From: Bacteroidales bacterium
GTDB taxonomy: Bacteria > Bacteroidota > Bacteroidia > Bacteroidales > UBA12481
Reading direction: 5' to 3'
Assembly: GCA_023145515.1 (NCBI GenBank)
Contig: JAGLDP010000017.1
Span: forward strand, 1-52,254
DNA length: 52,254 bases
Positions 1 through 10,430 of the stretch are shown here, piece after piece (position 1 is the first letter of the stretch; each line of letters begins with the position of its first letter). Made by a program: the position numbers and the translations under genes. The notes under the pieces were generated by a model, which saw only the letters and a program-made list of their open reading frames with translations, did no database searches and was not told the DNA's origin.

Positions 1-14
1 ATTCACTTCTGATC

Positions 15-50
15 AACCCCCTCCTGTAGAAGGAGGGGGTTTTATTTTTT
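15..50 (+). terminator. Rho-independent terminator of an upstream gene outside the window
   Basis: Perfect 11-bp stem AACCCCCTCCT (15-25) / AGGAGGGGGTT (31-41), 5-nt loop, then a T-rich tract. Confidence 0.85.
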
Positions 51-112
51 AGAAAATAACAGTATCTTCGCAACACTAAAAAACACACCCACACTGCTTA
101 ACACACACGCAT

Positions 113-196
113 GCCCAGATGGCGGAATTGGTAGACGCGCTGGTCTCAAACACCAGTGACAGCAATGTCGTGCCGGTTCGACCCCGGCTCTGGGTA
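113..196 (+). tRNA. tRNA-Leu (anticodon CAA)
   Basis: Acceptor GCCCAGA/TCTGGGT plus discriminator A; anticodon arm CTGGT-CT CAA AC-ACCAG (CAA at 147-149); long variable arm; T-loop GGTTCGACCCC; CCA not encoded. Confidence 0.96.
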
Positions 197-214
197 CTAT
201 TTCAAGGCATAGAT

Positions 215-258
215 AATAAGGTTTAAGGCATAAGTGTTTTGAGCCTTATTTGTTTTTT
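215..258 (+). terminator. Terminator after tRNA-Leu
   Basis: 16-bp stem (215-230 / 235-250, with G-U pairs), TAAG loop, then TGTTTTTT. Confidence 0.7.
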
Positions 259-463
259 ACACACCTCACTGAAAAGCCATAAGAAGGATATTGCATGTTG
301 CAGTCATCCCAGGATCAATTGATCTTCAAATCGAAGAATTGTTGTAACTTTAACAGACCTCATGAAGCATTTGATGCAAAAGCACAATATGAGGCACTTA
401 AATGTCTCTGAGGATAGACTGATTACAACTTTTGCATGAGTAAAAAATCCAAAACTGTCTATT

Positions 464-2062
464 ATGAAACAATTCTACAGCAAGAACCAAACAATTATCT
501 GGATTCTATTGTTTCCAATTCTTTTTAGTATTAGTACAATTCCCCAAACATCCAGAAAAACCAATGCTTCCACATCTGACAACAACAGTATCAAATTATT
601 CAAGGTAGATACAGCAGGACAATGTACAATTGGTGTTGCTACAGGTAAGGCCACTTCAGATAGCAGGCCAATGATATGGAAAACAACAGATGGGGGTTCA
701 TATAAATCAGGAATCCATTTTGATGATAATTTCAAATACGGATATATGGGAGAAGTGACCTACGGTGATACAGTAAATGCCTGGTTTGGTTTGAATGATC
801 AGGGTTTTGCTATTGCCAACTCCTGGGCTATGGATTTGATGGGGAGACCATATGGCGGACTGAACAATGGGTCATTAATGAGGTTTGCTTTGGGCACATG
901 TGCAACGGTTGATGAATTCCAGGCCCTGCTTGACAGCACAAACAAAAAACGCTCAACTGCTGCCAATTACGCAGTATTAGATGCATCTGGAGCCGCTAAA
1001 ATATTTGAAGTTAACAGTTCTGAATATTGGTCATATGATGCTAATGATTCAACTCTGGCACCTAATGGATATTTAGTAAGAACCAACTTCTCGGAGGCAG
1101 GAGGAGGGCTTGCTAATCACCCGCCTGAAGAAGGATATGAACGTTACATGCGCAGCCATGACCTATTGAGTGAATTTCATTCAGTCGATTCACTTTCATA
1201 TAAAAATATCCTCCGAACTCAAATGAGAGATTTTTCTGGTCCAGACATTAAAAAAGTAACCATCCCTGTAGAAAAGTCTTCTTTTTATCCTGATTGTCCA
1301 TTAGGATACTATTTACCAGGTGTAAGTATTTGTAACTTTGGATCCGTTTCATCTGTTGTAATTCAAGGAGTTTTACCTGAAGAAAATCCTCTACTAAGCA
1401 TTATGTGGACCATTATGGGACAACCTGCTTCATCCATTGTAGTGCCATACTGGATGCTTGGAGACCTACCAGATGAAATAGAACCTCTTGGAAAAGCATC
1501 ACCTTTCTCAGAACTATCATGGAAAATCAGACAGGAACTATTCGACCCATTCTTTGTCACTGTTTTTCAGAGAAAATATGATTTCATTGACACTTATAAA
1601 CTTCTTGATGGTCAAGGAGGGGGATTATGGACATTAACCTTTCCACTGGAGGATACAATCATAAAAAGAGCAGAAGAAAAAATTGCCGAATGGAGGAGTA
1701 ACGGGCTTAATGTAAGAGAAGTAATCAATTTTAACAAAGAACTGGCAAGCTTTGCCTATGACGAATTGGAGAATATTTATGAGGAGATGTTTATCTCAAC
1801 ATCATCACATAATATTAATGATGAAAGAAGCCGTTCAACAGAATTATTGTGCTACCCCAATCCAACAACTGGAATTATTTCATTTGACAAACTTAACGAG
1901 CCTGCAGATATTCAGGTTTATTCAGCACAAGGCCAACTGGTTCTATCCCAGTCCTGTATTCACAATCAAATTGACCTATCCCCCCTTCCATCAGCAATAT
2001 ATTATATTCAGATTATCCAGAATAACGAAATAACTCATAGACAGCAAATTGTGAAGTATTAA
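464..2062 (+). CDS. Ntn-hydrolase (C45 / acyl-CoA:6-APA acyltransferase-like) with T9SS C-terminal sorting domain
   Basis: CTIGVATGKATSDSRPMIWK resembles the N-terminal-Cys start of C45-type Ntn hydrolases; GLNDQGFAIAN and RTNFS motifs; C-terminal CYPNPT...YYIQI...QIVKY is a type A CTD. Confidence 0.7.
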   Translation: MKQFYSKNQTIIWILLFPILFSISTIPQTSRKTNASTSDNNSIKLFKVDTAGQCTIGVATGKATSDSRPMIWKTTDGGSYKSGIHFDDNFKYGYMGEVTYGDTVNAWFGLNDQGFAIANSWAMDLMGRPYGGLNNGSLMRFALGTCATVDEFQALLDSTNKKRSTAANYAVLDASGAAKIFEVNSSEYWSYDANDSTLAPNGYLVRTNFSEAGGGLANHPPEEGYERYMRSHDLLSEFHSVDSLSYKNILRTQMRDFSGPDIKKVTIPVEKSSFYPDCPLGYYLPGVSICNFGSVSSVVIQGVLPEENPLLSIMWTIMGQPASSIVVPYWMLGDLPDEIEPLGKASPFSELSWKIRQELFDPFFVTVFQRKYDFIDTYKLLDGQGGGLWTLTFPLEDTIIKRAEEKIAEWRSNGLNVREVINFNKELASFAYDELENIYEEMFISTSSHNINDERSRSTELLCYPNPTTGIISFDKLNEPADIQVYSAQGQLVLSQSCIHNQIDLSPLPSAIYYIQIIQNNEITHRQQIVKY

Positions 2063-2197
2063 CTTCCTCCTATCTCTTCAGATCAAAAATAGTGAACATC
2101 TGATACAATAACACCAACAAGGAATTATTAATCGATTCTTTCTACATTTGCTCCCAAGTTCCATGGAAAGACGAAAGACTCCTGAGTCCCATAATAA

Positions 2198-2623
2198 ATG
2201 AAAGAAAATAGCAAGCAAGAAAAAATAGATCAGCGTTATCTTCGCATGGCCAGCATCTGGGCAGAGAACTCTTATTGTAAGAGGCGAAAAGTAGGTGCTT
2301 TAATTGTTAAGGATAAGATGATTATATCAGATGGATACAATGGTACTCCTACCGGATTTGAGAATATTTGCGAAGATGAGGATGGTAATACTAAGGCTTA
2401 TGTTCTGCATGCCGAAGCCAATGCTATTACAAAGGTTGCAAAAACAAATCAGAGTTCTGATGGAGCAGTTCTATATATTACTGCATCACCATGCATTGAA
2501 TGCGCCAAGCTTATTATTCAAGCCGGTATTCAACGTGTTGTTTATTCAGATAAATACAGGTGTGAGGAAGGTATCCAGTTACTTGATCGGGCAGGAGTAG
2601 TAGCAGATTATATTGAACTCTGA
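2198..2623 (+). CDS. dCMP deaminase (ComEB family)
   Basis: HAEANAI and SPCIEC zinc motifs, GYNG motif; TACATTTG -7 box at 2143-2150. Confidence 0.92.
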   Translation: MKENSKQEKIDQRYLRMASIWAENSYCKRRKVGALIVKDKMIISDGYNGTPTGFENICEDEDGNTKAYVLHAEANAITKVAKTNQSSDGAVLYITASPCIECAKLIIQAGIQRVVYSDKYRCEEGIQLLDRAGVVADYIEL

Positions 2624-4241
2624 AAAGGTGAATAAAAAAAACAATAGGTTCAGCATTTGGCTGCCGGCAATTATCGGACTTTCCGTTGTAGTCGGAATAC
2701 TTCTGGGAAATCTGGCACAAAGGAACGCCATAAACCAGATGCCTTTGAGGGTATTTTCGCCTCCCGACAAAGTTTCTTCAATCCTTAATTTTGTAGAAAA
2801 CAATTATGTAGACTCTGTAAACAGAAAGAGCCTGAATGAAACCCTGATTTCTGAAATCTTAACACAGCTTGATCCGCATAGTATTTATCTCCCCCCCCGT
2901 GACCTTGCAGTTGCCAATGAGGCGCTAAGGGGTAACTTCGATGGAATTGGAGTGCAATTTAATATGGTTGAAGATACTATACTGGTTATTCGTGCACTTA
3001 CCGGCGGACCTTCAGAAAAGGTTGGGATTATGGCAGGCGACCGAATTGTTGCAGTAAATGACACCATCGTGGCTGGAGTAAAAATGCCGGAAGATTCAAT
3101 TATCAGTATGCTTCGCGGACTACGAAACTCAAAGGTGAGGGTTGGAATTCATCGCAAAAATGCTGACGATGAGCTTGAATTTACAATCACTCGTGGAAAA
3201 ATTCCTCTTTACAGCATCGATGTATCCTACATGGTTACGCCTGAAATTGGATACATGAAAATCACTACTTTCTCACAGTCAACATATTCTGAATTTGAAA
3301 CCCATCTTAAAAAACTACGCACCCAAAACTGTACTAAGCTTATTATTGATCTGCGTGATAATGGAGGAGGCATTATGGGGCCGGCAATTAAGCTCTCTGA
3401 CGACTTGCTTCCTGATAAGAAATTAATTGTGTACACTGAAGGACACTCCCGTCCTCGTGAAGATTTCTTTTCAACAGAAACTCAACTGGGCAAAGATTTG
3501 GAACTGGTAATTCTGATCGATGAGGGATCAGCTTCTGCATCAGAAATTGTGGCAGGAGCTATTCAGGATAATGACCGTGGAACAATTATTGGACGCAGAT
3601 CCTTTGGAAAAGGACTCGTACAAGAGCAGGCCACTCTTTCTGATGGATCAGCAATCCGCCTCACTACTGCGAGGTATTATACTCCAACTGGCAGAAGTAT
3701 TCAGAAATCTTATGATAACGGAAAAACAGATTATTACATGGATATCCACAGGAGATTTCAGCAAGGTGAATTCATTGAAGAAGATAGCATTCATCTCCCT
3801 GACTCTCTGAAATATACAACACCAGCTGGCAAGGTTGTTTATGGTGGCGGTGGAATCATGCCAGATATTTTTGTACCCTATGATACTGTTGGAGTTACAA
3901 ATTATCTCAGGAGAGTTACAAATCTTGGTTTAGTTTACAAAATGGCTCTCAGGTATGCAGACAATCACCGAAGTGACCTTATTGCCTTTAGTACCGGACT
4001 AGAAATCAATGATTTTCTTAATAAGCAGCCTCTCAAAGAGGATTTTTTGGCCTTCATCAAAAATAATGAAGGACCATCTCAGACCAAGCAATTTGATGAG
4101 TCTGAAGAGATTATTTTAACTCAGCTTAAAGCATATATCGCCAGAAATATTCTTGATAATGATGGATTCTATCCAATTATCCTTCAAATTGACACCACAC
4201 TGAAAGCTGCAATTAGCGCGCTATCTGACAACAACAACTAA
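2613..4241 (+). CDS. S41A C-terminal processing protease (CtpA/Prc-like) with PDZ domain
   Basis: LDPHS, GIGV, IIDLRDNGGG, SASASEIVAGAIQD and GRRSFGKGLVQ motifs; N-terminal TM segment. Confidence 0.93.
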   Translation: MNSEKVNKKNNRFSIWLPAIIGLSVVVGILLGNLAQRNAINQMPLRVFSPPDKVSSILNFVENNYVDSVNRKSLNETLISEILTQLDPHSIYLPPRDLAVANEALRGNFDGIGVQFNMVEDTILVIRALTGGPSEKVGIMAGDRIVAVNDTIVAGVKMPEDSIISMLRGLRNSKVRVGIHRKNADDELEFTITRGKIPLYSIDVSYMVTPEIGYMKITTFSQSTYSEFETHLKKLRTQNCTKLIIDLRDNGGGIMGPAIKLSDDLLPDKKLIVYTEGHSRPREDFFSTETQLGKDLELVILIDEGSASASEIVAGAIQDNDRGTIIGRRSFGKGLVQEQATLSDGSAIRLTTARYYTPTGRSIQKSYDNGKTDYYMDIHRRFQQGEFIEEDSIHLPDSLKYTTPAGKVVYGGGGIMPDIFVPYDTVGVTNYLRRVTNLGLVYKMALRYADNHRSDLIAFSTGLEINDFLNKQPLKEDFLAFIKNNEGPSQTKQFDESEEIILTQLKAYIARNILDNDGFYPIILQIDTTLKAAISALSDNNN

Positions 4242-4320
4242 AAATAATATCTTCTCTTTTAAACCCTTCCTGTTTTTTTCCATCAAAGGGTTAGAAAACA
4301 ATTTAATGAGAGAAAATATT

Positions 4321-4926
4321 ATGAAAAAGAAAATTAGCTTAACAAGTATTGGATTAGTTGCCCTCCTTCTTCTAGGTTCAGGAACAACATTTGCACAAAA
4401 GAGATCTCAACAGAACAGACAAGGAATAGCAAACACTCTGAATCTGACAGAGGATCAACAAAAACAATTTCAGGAAATCAGAATCAATCACCAGAAAGAC
4501 ATGATCTATGATAATAACCTGATAAGAGAAAAGGAAGCTCATCTCCAAACACTGCTCAGCGCAGATGACAGAGATATGAAAGACATCAACAAAACTATTG
4601 ATGAAATTTCATCTGCAAAAGGAAATCTGATGAAGAAACGAATTGCAAATCAGGATGAAATGAAATCCATTCTAACTCCGGAACAAGCTGAAAACTTTGG
4701 TGCTTTCAGTCCAGCAATCGGTAGAAGAGCAGGTCGTGGTTTTGGTCAGGGACAAGGTTTCAGTCAAGGACAAGGTTTCAGTAGAGGACAAGGTTTCAGT
4801 AGAGGCCAAGGATTTTCTCAAGGACGTAGAGGAGCGATGGGACAAAGAGGAGCGATGGGACAAAGAGGAGCGATGGGACAAAAAGGAGCGATAGGACAAA
4901 AAGGAGCGATAGGACCAAGGTTCTAA
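4321..4926 (+). CDS. Spy/CpxP-family periplasmic protein with repetitive Gly-rich tail
   Basis: Signal peptide MKKKISL...TFA-Q; LNLTEDQ and ILTPEQ (LTxxQ) motifs; start 4321 preferred over 4306. Confidence 0.8.
   Translation: MKKKISLTSIGLVALLLLGSGTTFAQKRSQQNRQGIANTLNLTEDQQKQFQEIRINHQKDMIYDNNLIREKEAHLQTLLSADDRDMKDINKTIDEISSAKGNLMKKRIANQDEMKSILTPEQAENFGAFSPAIGRRAGRGFGQGQGFSQGQGFSRGQGFSRGQGFSQGRRGAMGQRGAMGQRGAMGQKGAIGQKGAIGPRF
4732..4920 (+). repeat. Intragenic 18-bp tandem repeat, ~10 units of two subtypes
   Basis: GGACAAGGTTTCAGTMRA-type units (GQGFSQ/R) at 4750-4821, then GGACAAARAGGAGCGATR-type units (GQRGAM/GQKGAI) at 4822-4911. Confidence 0.95.
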
Positions 4927-5030
4927 AGTCCAATAATCAAAAAATAATGCCGGTCTGGTTAGTAATTTGCAAGTGCAGATGAACTCCGGGCCGGTTTTTT
5001 TGTTACTTTATCATACAAATAGTTATCCCT

Positions 5031-6770
5031 ATGAAACAACGATTCCGTTTTCTGCTAATTTCCTCACTGATAATCACTCTAATCAGTTGTCAACCCCAGG
5101 AGCAAAATATAAGAATACTTGTTACTACCGATGTACACGGAGCATTTTTCCCAACTGATCCGATCACAGGTAGAAAGCAAAATGGCTCCATGGCTCACGT
5201 AAGCACTTATCTGGAAAATGAGAGAAAAGCTCATCCAAATGAGGTAATTGTTTTAGACAACGGCGATATTATTCAAGGCGACCCATCTGTTTATTATTAT
5301 AATTTCGAAAATACAGAAACAGAACACCTATTCACTAAAACCATGCATCTGCTTCAATATGATGCAGCTACTGTTGGTAATCACGATATTGAGACCGGAC
5401 ATGATGTTTATGATCGAATAAGAGCTGAACTCAATATTCCCTGGTTGGCCGCCAATTGTATTGATACAGAAAACGGAGAGCCTTATTTTGAGCCATACAC
5501 CATAATAAAAAGAGGTGGAATTACTGTCGCTATTCTCGGGTTAATCACCCCCGGAGTTCCAGGCTGGCTACCTGAAAATATTTGGTCAGGTATGGAATTC
5601 CTGGATATGATAGAAACAGCAAAACATTGGGTTCCTGTAATTCTCGAAAAAGAAAAGCCTGATATACTGATCGGATTGTTTCATTCAGGATTAGATTATA
5701 CTTATAACAAGCAAGACAAAAACACTCCTGGAAATGAAAATGCAGTTCGCTTGGTAGTGCAAGAGGTAGCCGGCTTTGATGTGGTTTTTGCTGGTCATGA
5801 TCACCTTACATGGAATGAGTATCAGCTAGATCCTGAGGGAGATTCTGTTCTGATTCTTGGTTCAGGAAGTAAAGCAAGAGAACTAGCGGAGGCTAATTTT
5901 CACTTTAAGAAAAATGGCAGAAAGTGGAAAGTAATTCAGCTCACTGGCCATAATATTTCCATGAAATCCATTGAACCCAATCCTGCTTTCTCTAGTAGCT
6001 TTGAAGAGGAAATATCAGAAGTGAAGAATTACGTCAACCAGGAAGTAGCCAAGCTTCTTACTCCTTTATCAACCCGAGATGCATTTTTTGGTCCATCTGC
6101 TTTTATGAGCCTTATTCATAGAGTGCAACTTGGGATTTCAGGTGCAGATATTTCATTTGCAGCACCACTATCTTACAATACCTGGTTAAAACCCGGAATG
6201 CTCACAATGAACGATCTATTTGATCTTTACAGATTTGAAAATCTTTTATATACAATGAGTCTCACCGGACAGGAAATTCTTGACTATCTAAACTATTCGT
6301 ATGGCAACTGGATTAACCAGATGCACTCTCAGAATGATCATCTGATCAAATTCAAAGAAAATAAAGATGGATCTCTTAGAACAGCGACCAACTACTATAA
6401 TTTCGACTCAGCTCTAGGAATCAATTATCTTGTGGATATACAAAAAGAAGCAGGCCAAATGGTTACAATATCAAGTATGAGCAATGGAGATACATTTGAT
6501 TTGAACAAAACCTACAGTGTTGCCATTAACTCCTACCGGGGTAACGGAGGAGGTGGTCATCTCATTCAGGGAGCTGGCATAGCAGAAGATAAATTATCTG
6601 ACAGAATAATTACCTCAACCGACAAAGACCTCAGATTTTATATGAAAATCTGGATGGAAGACCAGAAAGTTATAGAAGTTAAAACTATTAAAAACTGGAG
6701 TCTGGTTCCTGAAGAGCTAGCTAGTAAAGGACGGGAGCTTGATTACAAAATTTTATTCAGGAAGAGATAA
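5031..6770 (+). CDS. Bifunctional 2',3'-cyclic-nucleotide phosphodiesterase / 5'-nucleotidase lipoprotein
   Basis: TTDVHG, DNGDIIQG, VGNHD and GHDH metallophosphoesterase motifs; lipobox LISC; C-terminal NSYRGNGGG. Confidence 0.9.
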   Translation: MKQRFRFLLISSLIITLISCQPQEQNIRILVTTDVHGAFFPTDPITGRKQNGSMAHVSTYLENERKAHPNEVIVLDNGDIIQGDPSVYYYNFENTETEHLFTKTMHLLQYDAATVGNHDIETGHDVYDRIRAELNIPWLAANCIDTENGEPYFEPYTIIKRGGITVAILGLITPGVPGWLPENIWSGMEFLDMIETAKHWVPVILEKEKPDILIGLFHSGLDYTYNKQDKNTPGNENAVRLVVQEVAGFDVVFAGHDHLTWNEYQLDPEGDSVLILGSGSKARELAEANFHFKKNGRKWKVIQLTGHNISMKSIEPNPAFSSSFEEEISEVKNYVNQEVAKLLTPLSTRDAFFGPSAFMSLIHRVQLGISGADISFAAPLSYNTWLKPGMLTMNDLFDLYRFENLLYTMSLTGQEILDYLNYSYGNWINQMHSQNDHLIKFKENKDGSLRTATNYYNFDSALGINYLVDIQKEAGQMVTISSMSNGDTFDLNKTYSVAINSYRGNGGGGHLIQGAGIAEDKLSDRIITSTDKDLRFYMKIWMEDQKVIEVKTIKNWSLVPEELASKGRELDYKILFRKR

Positions 6771-7540
6771 ATCCCTTCCCTGATCAATTCAGGCTCTTCA
6801 AAAAACCCCATATGTCCAGCATTTTCAGCAATCAATCTCTCTGAACCCTGAGGCAAAAGGGTCTTCATTGACACATCCTCAAAGGAAATAAAATTATCCT
6901 TCTTTCCGATAATATTCAAGCAAGGGCAACACGCCTCAGCCAACATTAGACTTCTATCGTGCCGGGCTCTTAAACCCATTATTGCTGCTTTAACAGACTG
7001 ATCATCCATACGCCGGGCAATTTGCTTACACAATTCCAGAGCCTCCATATTGTTAGCAAGATGATCGCTGGCAAACATATTTGGAATACTTTGACTTACC
7101 AGCAGGCTACGATGACCTTTATCAATAAGCTTAATCTCTCTATCCCTCTTATCCTTAACCTCCTCACCATCGGCAAGAGTATGACTGTGAAACAACACAA
7201 TAGCAGAAAAACGATCAGGGTTTTTCTCAAGCAAAGCCAATGCAGCATACCCTCCCATAGAATGTCCAAAAAACACAGCCTTAGAAATATTCAGGTGCTC
7301 CAATACAGCATCAACAGCATCACCCATCACCTCCATAGTTGACACCTCAGCAGGCAAGCCACTCTCCCCGTGTCCGGGCAAATCAATACAAATCACACGG
7401 TAATCAGAAACAAATTCTTGCACAAAATCTTGCCAAACCTCCAAAGACAGCAAATAGCCATGAAGGAAAACCAAAACATCACCCCGCCCAACATCAGAAA
7501 ATCGAATCGAGGTATTTTCAAATTCAAGCAACTTAATCAT
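6743..7540 (-). CDS. Alpha/beta-fold hydrolase
   Basis: FLHG, DLPGHG, GHSMGG nucleophile elbow, AGH; start set at 7540 because a TACTTTTG -7 box lies at 7563-7556; 3' end overlaps the nucleotidase gene convergently. Confidence 0.88.
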   Translation of the reverse strand: MIKLLEFENTSIRFSDVGRGDVLVFLHGYLLSLEVWQDFVQEFVSDYRVICIDLPGHGESGLPAEVSTMEVMGDAVDAVLEHLNISKAVFFGHSMGGYAALALLEKNPDRFSAIVLFHSHTLADGEEVKDKRDREIKLIDKGHRSLLVSQSIPNMFASDHLANNMEALELCKQIARRMDDQSVKAAIMGLRARHDRSLMLAEACCPCLNIIGKKDNFISFEDVSMKTLLPQGSERLIAENAGHMGFFEEPELIREGIYLFLNKIL

Positions 7541-7585
7541 ACTTACAATTTTCATCAAAAGTAAAGGTTTTTTGGTATTGTACCC

Positions 7586-7722
7586 CAAGAAAATATCGCC
7601 GCTGTCAAGCACATTTGAGGTTTTCTCAAGGAGCAATCCTGAAAAATCGCCAACAGCGAAGCACATTCGAGATTTTCTTGTGAAAGACATCTGAAAAACC
7701 GCCATAAACGAAACAATTTGAT
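7586..7722. repeat. Degenerate 52-bp-period repeat (3 copies) between divergent genes
   Basis: Copies start at 7589, 7641 and 7693 with GAAAA(T)A(T/C)CGCC-N6/7-AA(G)CA(C)ATT(T/C)GA. Confidence 0.75.
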
Positions 7723-7763
7723 TATTATAATTCTAACTTTGTTTCAAATCTTAACCTAATAGC

Positions 7764-8447
7764 ATGCTGAAATTTTTAAATTCATCAATTGGAAAGAAGT
7801 TCCTGATGAGCTTGTCGGGCTTATTTTTATTAACCTTTTTGCTCGTTCATCTCATCTTAAACTCCTTCATTCTGTTTGACAGCTCAGGAGCATTGTTCAA
7901 TCAGGCTGCGCATTTTATGGCTACAAATCCTATCATTAAGGTAGTTGAACCAGTTTTGGCCATTGGATTCATTTTACACATTTTTTACGCCATTATCCTC
8001 ACTCTTCACAACCTGACGACAAGACCTGTAGGATATGACAAACAGAAGCTGGGCCACTCAAGTAGCTGGTCGTCAAGAAACATGTTTATTTTAGGATTGG
8101 TAGTACTTACCTTTCTGGTAATCCATGTAGCAAACTTCTTCTGGAAAATTAAATTTACAGGAGATGAATTACTTGAACACGGAGTAGTTGATGGAGTAGA
8201 AAATGCCTATTTGCTTGTTACCACTTTCTTCATTGACTGGTGGTGGATAGTTATTACTTATGTAATTGGATCCATTGCATTGGGCCTGCATTTGTTTCAT
8301 TCTGTTTGGTCTGCCTTTCAAACTCTTGGATTTAGCAACCAACTGTGGAGAAGAAGATTAACCCTAATTGCATTAGTTGTTTCCATTGTCATTGCCGGAG
8401 GATTTGCTTTGATCCCTCTTTGGGTGAAGATCTCATCAATGCTGTAA
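7764..8447 (+). CDS. sdhC: Succinate dehydrogenase/fumarate reductase cytochrome b subunit
   Basis: SSIGKK..MSLSG, heme-ligand His residues, SAFQTLG; first gene of operon; TAACTTTG -7 box at 7734-7741. Confidence 0.93.
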   Translation: MLKFLNSSIGKKFLMSLSGLFLLTFLLVHLILNSFILFDSSGALFNQAAHFMATNPIIKVVEPVLAIGFILHIFYAIILTLHNLTTRPVGYDKQKLGHSSSWSSRNMFILGLVVLTFLVIHVANFFWKIKFTGDELLEHGVVDGVENAYLLVTTFFIDWWWIVITYVIGSIALGLHLFHSVWSAFQTLGFSNQLWRRRLTLIALVVSIVIAGGFALIPLWVKISSML

Positions 8448-8478
8448 GCAATCAACGAACTTTATTAATGAAAGAGTA

Positions 8479-10422
8479 ATGAGTACAAAGATAAATTCAA
8501 AAATGCCTGCCGGTCCTATTGCAGAAAAGTGGACCAAATATAAGGCCGAACAAGATCTGGTCAACCCTGCCAATAAGCGTAAACTTGACATAATTGTTGT
8601 AGGTACAGGTTTAGGTGGTGCTGCTGCTGCTGCTTCTCTTGGAGAGCTGGGCTTCAAAGTCAAGAACTTCTGTTATTCCGATAGTCCCCGCAGAGCACAT
8701 AGTATTGCTGCCCAAGGGGGTATCAATGCTGCCAAAAATTACCAGAATGATGGTGACAGCATATACCGCTTGTTTTATGACACTGTAAAAGGAGGAGATT
8801 ACCGCGCACGTGAAGGCAATGTGTACCGCCTTGCCGAGGTTAGTAATGATATTATTGACCAATGTGTAACTCAGGGTGTTCCTTTTGCCAGAGATTATGG
8901 TGGATATCTGGATAATCGCTCTTTTGGAGGAGCTCTGGTATCCAGAACATTTTATGCAAGAGGACAAACCGGACAACAACTATTGCTTGGGGCCTATGGT
9001 GCGCTGAACAGGCAAATCGCTGCCGGCAATGTTACGATGCATGTACGCACCGAGATGATGGATCTTGTGGTAGTTGATGGAAAGGCACGTGGAATTATTA
9101 CCCGCGATCTTATCACCGGTGAGCTGAATTCTCACTTCGGACATGCGGTAGTTTTGGCGACCGGAGGATATGGAAATGTATTTTTCCTTTCTACAAATGC
9201 TATGGGTTCAAATGGTAGTGCCTCTTACAAAGCGTATAAAAAAGGCGCCATGTTTGCCAATCCATCTTTCGTGCAAATTCATCCAACCTGCATACCTGTT
9301 CACGGTGATGCTCAGTCTAAGCTGACTCTTATGTCAGAAAGCTTGCGTAATGATGGTAGAATTTGGGTGCCAAAAGAAAAAGAGGATGCTGATAAAATTC
9401 GAAAGGGAGAATTAAGTCCGCTTGATCTGCCAGAAGAAAAAAGAGACTATTACCTTGAGAGAAGATATCCTGCTTTTGGAAACCTTGTGCCACGCGATGT
9501 TGCTTCACGAGCAGCAAAAGAAAGATGTGATGCAGGATATGGAGTTGGATCAGGACAGGCAGTGTATCTGGATTTTGCTGATGCCATCGGACGATTAGGC
9601 AAAGCTGCTATTGAAGCCCGTTATGGAAACCTATTCCAGATGTACGAAAAAATCGTTGATACTAATCCGTATGAACTCCCAATGATGATATATCCAGCCA
9701 TTCACTATACTATGGGTGGCACCTGGGTCGATTATGAACTACAGACAACTATTCCCGGACTATTTTCTATAGGAGAAGCTAATTTCTCAGATCATGGCGC
9801 AAATCGCCTGGGTGCTTCTGCACTAATGCAGGGCCTAGCCGATGGATATTTTGTTTTGCCATATACTATTCAGAGATACCTCGCCGATCAAATTGGAGTA
9901 GCCAGAATGAATACTGATGAAGTACCTGAGTTTAACACTGTTAAGAAGGACACTAAAACCTTGATTGATAAGCTTTTCGCGGTCAAGGGCAAGCGTAGTG
10001 TAGATTCTATTCATAAAGAACTCGGACATATCATGTGGAATCATGTGGGAATGGGACGTACAGCAGAAGGCCTTAAGGAGGGTATTGAAATGATTAAGAA
10101 GCTGCGTAAAGAATTCTGGGAAGATGTTCGTATTCCTGGAAAAGAAAATTCTATTAACCCCGAGTTAGAAAAGGCATGCAGACTTGCTGATTTTCTTGAA
10201 TTGGGTGAGTTGATGGCTCAAGATGCTTTACATCGCAATGAGTCATGTGGTGGTCATTTCAGAGAAGAGTACAAAACCCCTGAAGGGGAGGCTCTGCGCG
10301 ATGATAAGAATTTCATGTACGTGGCGGCATGGGAGTTTCAAGGTACAGAAAATCCAGCTAAACTCCATAAAGAGTCACTGAGTTACGAAGCAATTGAAGT
10401 CAAGACGAGAAACTATAAATAA
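8479..10422 (+). CDS. sdhA: Succinate dehydrogenase/fumarate reductase flavoprotein subunit
   Basis: [11 protein letters not shown] motif, [32 protein letters not shown]. Confidence 0.97.
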   Translation: MSTKINSKMPAGPIAEKWTKYKAEQDLVNPANKRKLDIIVVGTGLGGAAAAASLGELGFKVKNFCYSDSPRRAHSIAAQGGINAAKNYQNDGDSIYRLFYDTVKGGDYRAREGNVYRLAEVSNDIIDQCVTQGVPFARDYGGYLDNRSFGGALVSRTFYARGQTGQQLLLGAYGALNRQIAAGNVTMHVRTEMMDLVVVDGKARGIITRDLITGELNSHFGHAVVLATGGYGNVFFLSTNAMGSNGSASYKAYKKGAMFANPSFVQIHPTCIPVHGDAQSKLTLMSESLRNDGRIWVPKEKEDADKIRKGELSPLDLPEEKRDYYLERRYPAFGNLVPRDVASRAAKERCDAGYGVGSGQAVYLDFADAIGRLGKAAIEARYGNLFQMYEKIVDTNPYELPMMIYPAIHYTMGGTWVDYELQTTIPGLFSIGEANFSDHGANRLGASALMQGLADGYFVLPYTIQRYLADQIGVARMNTDEVPEFNTVKKDTKTLIDKLFAVKGKRSVDSIHKELGHIMWNHVGMGRTAEGLKEGIEMIKKLRKEFWEDVRIPGKENSINPELEKACRLADFLELGELMAQDALHRNESCGGHFREEYKTPEGEALRDDKNFMYVAAWEFQGTENPAKLHKESLSYEAIEVKTRNYK

Positions 10423-10430
10423 ACAGGAGA

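Noticed and set aside
197-2197. Island integrated at tRNA-Leu
   Set aside because: No duplicate of the tRNA-Leu 3' end and no mobility gene found
4672-4899. Alternative-frame repetitive ORFs (SHRSSL.., VEDKVS.., EERWDK..)
   Set aside because: Shadows of the 18-bp repeat inside the Spy-like gene
7541-7705. N-terminal extension of the alpha/beta hydrolase in the ORF track
   Set aside because: Runs through a -7 promoter box and the repeat region; the hydrolase fold begins near 7540
7586-7722. CRISPR array interpretation of the 52-bp periodic repeat
   Set aside because: Units are degenerate along their whole length, there are no unique 30-40 bp spacers, and no cas genes are in the window
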